This document shows, piece after piece, positions 56,769 to 64,000 of a DNA stretch of 64,000 bases. The notes under the pieces are model-generated. The model made no database searches, was not told where the DNA came from, and saw only the letters and a list, made by a program, of their open reading frames with translations. The DNA is taken from IMG/VR virus record IMGVR_UViG_3300025098_000014, one strand, 5' to 3'. The translations under genes and the position numbers were made by a program. Position 1 is the stretch's first letter; the number at the start of each line of letters is the position of its first letter. The DNA is from a virus.

Positions 56769-57822
56769 CGGAGTTGTTAATAGTAAAATCTACATCAGCA
56801 TCAACTTTATCATAGAGATCAAGGAATGCAATCTTAGTCTCATCATCGAAACGATTCAAACAAACCTCAATGGCTTTCTGCTTATCATTCCAGATAGAGT
56901 AAGCACGAGCAATGTGAACAAGACGGCGGGTAGAAATAATCTCATCAACTCCACCATCATAAAAAGTCTTACGAATAATATCTGCCCAGTCTACAAGACG
57001 CTTACAGAACTCAATCTCATTACAGTATGACTCAAGAATTTTTTGCTCAAGTTTAGGAGTTGGATATGCCTGCTCAAAGGTTACAGGGAACCTCTCAAGG
57101 AAAGCTTCATTGAGAACATTGGTTCCAATAAACCGACCATCTTCAGAACCCTTACCCTTAGTATTAGCAGTGGCAATGACATTGAATCCGTCTGTGGGTG
57201 TTACATACTTACCAATCTTCTTCAAGAACACACCCTTGCCTTCAAGGATGGATTGGAGACAGAGGATTTTATTGCTAGCAAGGTCAACTTCATCGAGTAA
57301 CAGGATTGCTCCCCTTTCAAGTGCTTCCACGACAGGTCCGTTATGCCAAACAGTTGACCCATCAACAAGACGGAAGCCACCAATAAGATCGTCTTCATCA
57401 GTTTCAATAGTAATGTTTACACGAATCAATTCACGACCAACTTGAGCACATGCTTGCTCAACAGATACGGTTTTACCATTACCTGACAACCCGGTAATGA
57501 AGCAAGGATAAAAAATACTAGACTTAATAATCTTTTTAATATCAGAGAAGTTACCAAAGGGAATATAGTTAGAATCTCTAGATGGAATCAAATTATTATT
57601 GACTGCTGGTACAGCAGAAGGAGAAACATATGTCTCTTCTAGTTTTTCTTGCAATGTTAGTTCCCATTTCCCACGAGCAGTCTTGTATTCACCAAGTTTG
57701 TTAGCAACGGTTTGATAATTTGCGCCATTCATCTGACACCATGCACGAATATCTGCTGAAAGAATAGACTCCCCATATAAGGACTGTAGTGAAGAGCGGA
57801 TAAATTCTGTTGAGAGAGCCAT
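56755..57822 (-). CDS. cobS: CobS-like/MoxR AAA+ ATPase
   Basis: GLSGNGKT, DLIG, LLDEVD, ATANTKG, NEAFLERF, ISTRRL. Confidence 0.9.
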   Translation of the reverse strand: MALSTEFIRSSLQSLYGESILSADIRAWCQMNGANYQTVANKLGEYKTARGKWELTLQEKLEETYVSPSAVPAVNNNLIPSRDSNYIPFGNFSDIKKIIKSSIFYPCFITGLSGNGKTVSVEQACAQVGRELIRVNITIETDEDDLIGGFRLVDGSTVWHNGPVVEALERGAILLLDEVDLASNKILCLQSILEGKGVFLKKIGKYVTPTDGFNVIATANTKGKGSEDGRFIGTNVLNEAFLERFPVTFEQAYPTPKLEQKILESYCNEIEFCKRLVDWADIIRKTFYDGGVDEIISTRRLVHIARAYSIWNDKQKAIEVCLNRFDDETKIAFLDLYDKVDADVDFTINNSDDNS

Positions 57823-57834
57823 GTCGTTTGTTTG

Positions 57835-57888
57835 GTATGTACCTATTATAGAGCAGAGTGAGGCAGAGTCAGGGTAGAGTGTTCACTT
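57835..57888 (-). promoter_or_regulatory. early-type promoter upstream of the cobS-like gene
   Basis: AAGTGAACAC-N28-TATAATAGGTACATAC. Confidence 0.6.
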
Positions 57889-58020
57889 TTCAAACCGACC
57901 ATACTTAAATTTCATTGCAGCTAGCATCCATGCATCTGTTAGTTTCTTAGGACCCTCTAAAAGGACCTTACGGACCTTAGGGTCAGTTTCACTTTGAAGT
58001 GCGATTTCTTTCCAGTTCAT
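57883..58020 (-). CDS. small conserved hypothetical protein
   Basis: Manual translation MNWKEIALQSETDPKVRKVLLEGPKKLTDAWMLAAMKFKYGRFEK*. Confidence 0.65.
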   Translation of the reverse strand: MNWKEIALQSETDPKVRKVLLEGPKKLTDAWMLAAMKFKYGRFEK

Positions 58021-60158
58021 GCCACCATAGAAATAAATTCATTCAAGACCCTCTTGTTCATTTTCTTACTAGATAACGACTTCCTGAAAGCATTTTTAAT
58101 TTGAGATTTTGATGCATCTTCTTTTACTTCAAACAATGTTTCATTAGAAAGTATTGATCCACCAAGAACAAAGTAAGAATCATATCCACAATTTTTTAAT
58201 GAGAATGATTTAGTCTTCCTCCAAGATACTCTTGCATCTGCTGCTTCATCATAACTATTAGTATACTGATTAATCATGTTAGAGGACCCAGTTCCAGATG
58301 CGATAATACGAAATCCAAGAATGTTAATATCAGGATAGGTTTCTTTAAGATCATCCAACATACATTTTGTGAATGTATTGTAAATATATGATAGACGCCT
58401 AACAGTTCCGGTCTTCAAATTACGGAGAAAGGTGTTATCGCTAATCCTACGATGACGAATAGATTCTTCATGCTCCCAGTTACGGCGCAATACTACTGTA
58501 CGGGAAGGGATTGGAGCTTCTCCATCAGTAAGAATAACACAATTTAATTTTTCAACACCGTATCTTTTCTTGAAGTCAGGGATAATCTCATGAAGGGTGA
58601 TAATAGCTTCGTTTAATGGTGTGCCAGAGAGGTACATACGAGGAGGAGTAACACCAGAGTGATCGGTAAACGAAGATGCAATCTTCCAAATGTTTCTCAT
58701 CTGAATATCTGCAGTAGAGTTATTTACCTTACTAGTCAAAATGTTGAGCATTGAGAACTCATCATTTATCCAAATAGTTCCTTCTTTCTTTTCAAGAGAA
58801 GAAAATCTACCAGCCTTATAGTTCCACTCTTGAGTAAAAGCATATACATCGTATGGAATACCAACTTTACGGCAGAACCAAATCAAGCTGTACAACTGTT
58901 TAATAGTAGAGAGAAGCACATCTGCCATAGATCCAGACCAATCTAAGACAAAGATAAGTCCATGATTTTTTCCATCAGGAATTACAGTTACTTTTTTGAA
59001 AAGATCATCATTATACTTATATGAATGCAGTTTAGTGCAATCAAGTACACCAGTACGACTAGTAGTTGCACGAGCATAAGATGATGCAGATTTTTTACAC
59101 TCAAATTCCTTTACAAGATAGTTAACTTCCTTTGCAGATTCTCTCTTAAATTTATTAAAATCAATATCTTGAACTTGCATTCTGGATTCTGCATGATGTT
59201 TATACCAAGAATGAACATTTTCTTCCATTGCCTCTTGAGCCCATTCTGACCAACAGTTCTGAATATACTCATGTATTTCTTTGGCAGACACAACACTATG
59301 CTTGATATTAATCTCAGGTATTGTTACATAATTGAATTCTTCCTCAGTCATCTTGGCAAGACTTTTCAACTTCTCTTTTAGAGAGTCCGCTGTTTTAGAT
59401 TCCGTTTCATCAGTAGCAGTTTCTGCACCATCAGAATCTTCATCTTCTCCCTTTTCAGCAACATTATCAGTGTCTTGCTCACTATCTTGCTCGGTGCTGT
59501 CTTCAGATTCCCCTTCCTGAGAAGTAGGAGGTGCTGGTTCTGTTGATTGCTGCTCAGACTCTTGAGTAATTCCAGATTGTTGATTGTCTTCGGGAATATT
59601 AGTAACACTTTCGTCATTCACAAGAGTATTAAGAATCTTAGCAGCCATCAAGGCATCATCAAAAGTCTCAGCGTTTGTTGTTGCATTAACAACTACCATC
59701 TCTTCTTCAGAGAATTTTATATTGATATGGGTGCCAAGTTTAAAATGTAAATTAATTCTATCTGCAAGAGAAAACTTATCTAAATCTGCATCTTCAATAT
59801 CAAAGAAGTCACTATCGTTTAGATCACTATATCCACGGTAAAATGTTTTGGATAGACCGGCATACTTACGCTTCATCAATTTCTCAATGCGAGCATCCTC
59901 AGTAATGTTAACAAATGTCTGAGGGACATCACACCACTCTGGTTCCAGAGACCAGTCTCTAGGGTCCGTGAACAAGGCATGTCCGACTTCGTGAGCAACT
60001 AGGAGGTCATATACATCCATCGACGATATCTGCCAATTGGGGAGGGTTAGGACCCGGCGAACAACATCAAACTGAGCCGTCTCAACAGTGCGATGCTCAA
60101 CGATCAAATTTTCAGTAGCGAGTAGTTTAGCAACTTTACCTTTGATCTCTTGAAGCAT
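58017..60158 (-). CDS. metallopeptidase-VWA protein (CobT-like partner of the AAA ATPase)
   Basis: HEVGH, NITEDARIE, acidic linker, LDWSGSM MIDAS, GTPL, LTDGE. Confidence 0.85.
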   Translation of the reverse strand: MLQEIKGKVAKLLATENLIVEHRTVETAQFDVVRRVLTLPNWQISSMDVYDLLVAHEVGHALFTDPRDWSLEPEWCDVPQTFVNITEDARIEKLMKRKYAGLSKTFYRGYSDLNDSDFFDIEDADLDKFSLADRINLHFKLGTHINIKFSEEEMVVVNATTNAETFDDALMAAKILNTLVNDESVTNIPEDNQQSGITQESEQQSTEPAPPTSQEGESEDSTEQDSEQDTDNVAEKGEDEDSDGAETATDETESKTADSLKEKLKSLAKMTEEEFNYVTIPEINIKHSVVSAKEIHEYIQNCWSEWAQEAMEENVHSWYKHHAESRMQVQDIDFNKFKRESAKEVNYLVKEFECKKSASSYARATTSRTGVLDCTKLHSYKYNDDLFKKVTVIPDGKNHGLIFVLDWSGSMADVLLSTIKQLYSLIWFCRKVGIPYDVYAFTQEWNYKAGRFSSLEKKEGTIWINDEFSMLNILTSKVNNSTADIQMRNIWKIASSFTDHSGVTPPRMYLSGTPLNEAIITLHEIIPDFKKRYGVEKLNCVILTDGEAPIPSRTVVLRRNWEHEESIRHRRISDNTFLRNLKTGTVRRLSYIYNTFTKCMLDDLKETYPDINILGFRIIASGTGSSNMINQYTNSYDEAADARVSWRKTKSFSLKNCGYDSYFVLGGSILSNETLFEVKEDASKSQIKNAFRKSLSSKKMNKRVLNEFISMVA

Positions 60159-60171
60159 GGTTCTGTCTCTC

Positions 60172-60226
60172 GTATGTACCTATTATAAAACCCCTGACAG
60201 TAGTCAGAGGTCTTTAGTGGACAGTT
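60172..60226 (-). promoter_or_regulatory. early-type promoter upstream of the VWA peptidase
   Basis: AACTGTCCAC-N29-TATAATAGGTACATAC; the spacer contains a hairpin. Confidence 0.65.
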
Positions 60227-60236
60227 TGTAATGTGT

Positions 60237-60770
60237 CTACCTACCCATCATACAAGCAACACTAACTCTCCAGAAGGGAGTATCTACTTTGATAGGAAGA
60301 GCGTCATGAAGTTCGTTTGATCTGAAGACAACAAAATCTCCAGGTTCAAAGGTATAAGTACGATCCTCTATTTGCAGTTCACCTCCCCATGAAGGATCCC
60401 ATTGAGGAGTAAGAAATCCAACAACGCTCCAAATATATTTACCTTTAGCATCACCGTCTGTATGGAAGACAGAAATATTTCCTTTTCTTTGTGCGTTGAA
60501 TCCAATCGCACCTAGTCCACCGACTGGTAAAGTAAACCCATACTCTTCTTGTACTCTATCACGAAGGACACTCATCAAACAAATAAAGTATCCAGATAAG
60601 AAAGGACTGTGCATACCATTAGCATCCATAGCCATTGTTCTTGGATAATGCGTAAGTGGATCATCAACACCGCCATAAGCGCCACCAATTTTCCAAGTCG
60701 CTTCTCCCATCAAGTGCCCATATATTTGTTCAACATCGGGTTTAGATAAAAGGTTTTTTACAATATACAT
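60237..60770 (-). CDS. 2OG-Fe(II) oxygenase
   Basis: FHTDG, FLTPQW...WGGEL, PGDFVVFRS..LH, RVSV. Confidence 0.85.
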   Translation of the reverse strand: MYIVKNLLSKPDVEQIYGHLMGEATWKIGGAYGGVDDPLTHYPRTMAMDANGMHSPFLSGYFICLMSVLRDRVQEEYGFTLPVGGLGAIGFNAQRKGNISVFHTDGDAKGKYIWSVVGFLTPQWDPSWGGELQIEDRTYTFEPGDFVVFRSNELHDALPIKVDTPFWRVSVACMMGR

Positions 60771-62500
60771 TATCCTTCCACCGATGACTTTTCTTCCATA
60801 TATGAAAATCCAGCTTTCTTAGAAAACTCAATTACATTATTAAACTTATCAAGCATATCGCTCTTATGAGAAATCACAAAAGTATTTGCATCTTTAATAA
60901 CAAATCTAATGATCTTGCTAAACTCATCTGTACCAACAGTATCAAGAGAACTGTCGAACACTTCATCTAAAATTAAAAGATTAGTATTAGCAGAGTTTTT
61001 AAATCTAGCAACTTCTCTCCAAGCAAAAAGAAGTGCTAGATCAATTCTCATTTTCTCCCCCTCAGAAAATGAAGAGTAAGTAAACTTGTCGTGGATAGGG
61101 CTCTGAATAGTTTCTACAAATTCTTCATCCAGATTAAAATTGATATAGAAATCCATCATCTGGAGATAACGATTAACTTGCTTATTAATAAGGGGAAGAT
61201 ACTTTTTGATTATCTTGGACTTTACTCCACCATCTTTAAGAAGAGAGTATGCAAAATCGTTGTACCTGACTTCCTCGCTTTTTTCAGCAAGCTTTCCGAA
61301 TACTACTTGTAGAGAATCTTTGAACCCGTCTAACTTCTCATGTTCAGAATTTCTGTTTTGCAACTGACTGGTAAGAGTTTGAATTTCCGATTGTAAATCT
61401 CTGACCTGTCTCTGATATCCAGCAATTCTAACATTGTTTTGAGAAATGTCATGTGTAAGTTCAATAATCTCCGTTGAGAGTTTTTTAAAGTGACGCTCTT
61501 TATCTTCTTCTAATTGTATCGACTCCTCCAGTTTAAGAAAACCTTCTTGGAGTTCCTTTGCTTTATATTGAGCGTCACTAATTTTATTTAGTCTAAGATC
61601 TTCTTGAATAGGTTGTGTGCATGTAGGGCATACCGTATTCTCAGTAAAGAACTTATGCTCCTTCGTAATCGTTGATACCTTCTGAGAAATCTTACCCTTA
61701 AGACTACCAAGTTTACGAAGTTGTTGTGTAGAATTTGCTACATCTTTGAGAGATTCATTGAGCAATTCAATATTTTTAGAGATGTCTTCATTCCGAAGAT
61801 TAAGAATACCAGAGTCAAAAGATAACTTTTCAATTTTAAGGATATCTGCATCTATTCTATTTTTATGACGGTCTTCTAAATCACCAATAAAGCATGATTG
61901 CATTTCAATTTTATCTTTGATATTACTTTTCTTCAAAGTAAGACTCTTAATCATCTCCTTAGACTGCCTAATATCCTCCTTCAAGAAGTTATTCATAGCA
62001 GAGAAGATACGAATATCTAAAAGGTCTTCAATAACTTCTCTACGATGTGCCTGAGTCAATTGCATGAAGGGCACAAAGTTACTACTACCCAAGATAACAA
62101 TTTGAGTAAAAGATTTATAGTTTAATTTAAGAATTTGATCTTCTACAATCTTCTGATTAGTTCTATCATCAGCTTCTTTATTTTTCATCTCACCATCGAC
62201 TAAGATATCAAACACATTTGGTTTGATACCACGACGGATTAGATATTTTTTAGGTCCAACAGAAAACTCAACCTCTACCAAGCAACCTTTATCATTAGAA
62301 GTGTTAACAAGTTGAGGTTTATTTATTTTACGATATGGTTTATTGAACAGAGCAAAACACAATGCATCAAGCATCGTAGATTTGCCAGCACCATTAGTAC
62401 CTACGATTAATGTTGTGGAAACTTTATTAAGACATATCTCTGTCCATTGATCACCGGTAGATAGAAAATTTTTCCATCTAATTTTTTCAAATGTTATCAT
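60770..62500 (-). CDS. recombination endonuclease ATPase subunit (T4 gp46, SbcC/Rad50-like)
   Basis: KNFLSTG, GTNGAGKS, CPTC zinc hook, FSEGEK, LILDEVFD, ISH. Confidence 0.97.
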   Translation of the reverse strand: MITFEKIRWKNFLSTGDQWTEICLNKVSTTLIVGTNGAGKSTMLDALCFALFNKPYRKINKPQLVNTSNDKGCLVEVEFSVGPKKYLIRRGIKPNVFDILVDGEMKNKEADDRTNQKIVEDQILKLNYKSFTQIVILGSSNFVPFMQLTQAHRREVIEDLLDIRIFSAMNNFLKEDIRQSKEMIKSLTLKKSNIKDKIEMQSCFIGDLEDRHKNRIDADILKIEKLSFDSGILNLRNEDISKNIELLNESLKDVANSTQQLRKLGSLKGKISQKVSTITKEHKFFTENTVCPTCTQPIQEDLRLNKISDAQYKAKELQEGFLKLEESIQLEEDKERHFKKLSTEIIELTHDISQNNVRIAGYQRQVRDLQSEIQTLTSQLQNRNSEHEKLDGFKDSLQVVFGKLAEKSEEVRYNDFAYSLLKDGGVKSKIIKKYLPLINKQVNRYLQMMDFYINFNLDEEFVETIQSPIHDKFTYSSFSEGEKMRIDLALLFAWREVARFKNSANTNLLILDEVFDSSLDTVGTDEFSKIIRFVIKDANTFVISHKSDMLDKFNNVIEFSKKAGFSYMEEKSSVEG

Positions 62501-62756
62501 CTTGTGTAGGTGGAATTACGATGTCTTCGGAAGTGATTACTGAATACTTATAATTATACACCTCACACGCCTTTATTGCAAGGTCTTCTTCAATTTCAAT
62601 TGTAGACATCTCAACCCCATGATCTTCTTCTAGCTGTAAAGCATATCTAATAGCATCGTCTTCTTCTTCAAAGATAAAGAGAACTTTATTACCACGCCGA
62701 TCCTTTACAGCGTAGGCACCTTCTTCTTTTTTATCTTTTTCCGTTAACAAGAACAT
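62487..62756 (-). CDS. conserved hypothetical protein
   Basis: EGAYAV...LFIFEEEDDA.RYA...DIVIPP between gp47 and gp46. Confidence 0.75.
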   Translation of the reverse strand: MFLLTEKDKKEEGAYAVKDRRGNKVLFIFEEEDDAIRYALQLEEDHGVEMSTIEIEEDLAIKACEVYNYKYSVITSEDIVIPPTQDDNI

Positions 62757-63808
62757 TACTCAACTTCACAAGCCTTTGAATATAACGAACCAAATAAAGT
62801 TTTGATTCTAGATTTATCAATATCAGTTTCAGTTTCTTCAATGTATCTATTCAATATAGACATAGTGTTTTCTTCTTCACTAATTTCTAAATCTTCTCCA
62901 TGCAACCAACCTTGATTATAGTCAAAGTTTTCAATAACTTTTAACTCTTCTACACCAACAGTATAAAGTTTATCAATAAATTTTTCAAAGTCTTTTGGTT
63001 TTGTTTTTTTACGAACTATAACTTTAACAATTTTACCAGCATATTCAGAGGCATTGAACATCTGATGGGGAGTATCCTCATAATAGATGTTATAAAACAT
63101 CTTATTTGGATTATCAATATTAGTTAGATCGTATGTCTCAGTATCAAAGAGATGGAAGCCTCTAGGGTCATTAACATCGTTCCAATACAGTTCATAAGGA
63201 TTTCCCAAATAAAAGATTTGACCGTCGTTACTGCGTGTATGATAATGTCCACTAAACACCCTATCAAATTTTCTCAGATACTCTGCTTCGTCTCCACGAT
63301 CTTGCATGAATCCACGATAAGCAGCAAACCCATTAAGTTCTAAATGACCAACGGCAAGTTTTGCATCACTATTATTAATTAACTCTATAGTATCCTTTTC
63401 ATTCTCAGCATTGATCCAAGAGATAAAAGCAAACTTAGTACCGCCGATTAAATGTTCAGCATAATCAGTGATAGGGATGATATTATCGTACTCTCGTAAT
63501 AGTAAATCAATTGTATTGATTGAGTTATTGTTTTTGTAATACGCTGTGTGATTCCCAACAACAGTATATACAGTAATCCCCATATCACGGAGACGATCGT
63601 AGTAATTTTCTTTAGCCCATTTAAGAGACCAGAAGTCAATGCTCCTACGATTGTCGAAAGTATCCCCCATATCGATAAGAGTTGTGATACCTTCAGCAAG
63701 AAGAGTAGGAAAAAAAGTTTCATTATAAAATTTTAAAAAATAATCATGAAACAACTTACTACCCTTACGAGCACCGAAGTGCTGATCAGTAATAATGCCA
63801 ATTTTCAT
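62756..63808 (-). CDS. recombination endonuclease nuclease subunit (T4 gp47, SbcD/Mre11-like)
   Basis: TDQHFG, GDTFD, VGNH, GHLE, SGHYH. Confidence 0.97.
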   Translation of the reverse strand: MKIGIITDQHFGARKGSKLFHDYFLKFYNETFFPTLLAEGITTLIDMGDTFDNRRSIDFWSLKWAKENYYDRLRDMGITVYTVVGNHTAYYKNNNSINTIDLLLREYDNIIPITDYAEHLIGGTKFAFISWINAENEKDTIELINNSDAKLAVGHLELNGFAAYRGFMQDRGDEAEYLRKFDRVFSGHYHTRSNDGQIFYLGNPYELYWNDVNDPRGFHLFDTETYDLTNIDNPNKMFYNIYYEDTPHQMFNASEYAGKIVKVIVRKKTKPKDFEKFIDKLYTVGVEELKVIENFDYNQGWLHGEDLEISEEENTMSILNRYIEETETDIDKSRIKTLFGSLYSKACEVE

Positions 63809-63999
63809 TTTGAATGATGTGGTTTGTGTTCTCTATCCATAGGTAAGGATGAAATTACTGGAGATTTAGTTTTGTTCTTAAGGACAATAAATTTATCTGC
63901 AGCAAATGTACCAGCTATTTCAACTCTAACTTCATCACCATCTTCCCATACTGGATCACCATTTTTTTTACGCATGTCCATAGCACATGCTATTTCATC
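63805..63999 (-). CDS. hypothetical protein, 5' end beyond window
   Basis: Open frame ...DEIACAMDMRKKNGDPVW...HHSK* ATGA-coupled to gp47. Confidence 0.55.
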   Translation of the reverse strand, partial: DEIACAMDMRKKNGDPVWEDGDEVRVEIAGTFAADKFIVLKNKTKSPVISSLPMDREHKPHHSK

Positions 64000-64000
64000 A

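Noticed and set aside
855-63736. All plus-strand ORFs in the track (e.g. 36831-37391, 12185-12583, 32981-33355) and nested alternative-frame minus ORFs
   Set aside because: They lie within well-supported minus-strand genes, have no recognisable motifs and show shadow-ORF composition

Overview
A 64 kb segment of a T4-like cyanomyovirus (Kyanoviridae-type), most likely infecting marine Synechococcus (psbA plus psbD, three UNN-anticodon tRNAs). All credible genes lie on the minus strand, and the plus-strand ORFs are antisense shadows. Read right to left it contains: (1) the T4 replication/recombination core (gp47, gp46, VWA peptidase plus CobS-like AAA, gp45, gp44, gp62, regA, hsp20, gp43, uvsX, gp41, mazG, gp61, nrdA/B), interrupted by single accessory enzyme genes; (2) late or virion-associated genes; (3) a tRNA island rich in 2OG-Fe(II) oxygenases, with a GAMT-like methyltransferase; (4) a 10-gene glycan cluster (gmd, sugar C-methyltransferase, fcl, GT11, GT6, FkbM-like MTase and further GTs); (5) photosynthesis, stress and purine AMGs (two hli, peroxiredoxin, flavin halogenase, psbA, psbD, purS, purC, purM). 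Main hunting results: a ROSE-like RNA-thermometer hairpin over the hsp20 ribosome-binding site; a blood-group-type GT11+GT6+GDP-fucose pathway with a branched-sugar C-methyltransferase; about 12 dispersed oxygenases plus other tailoring enzymes; two genes whose stop codon is the U8-A9-G10 of a tRNA; two late-promoter-driven candidate small RNAs sharing a 5' motif; RpaB/HLR1-like repeats at the hli promoter; and putative prohead-protease-processed polyproteins. Family assignments come from motif recognition by eye, and no database search was run.
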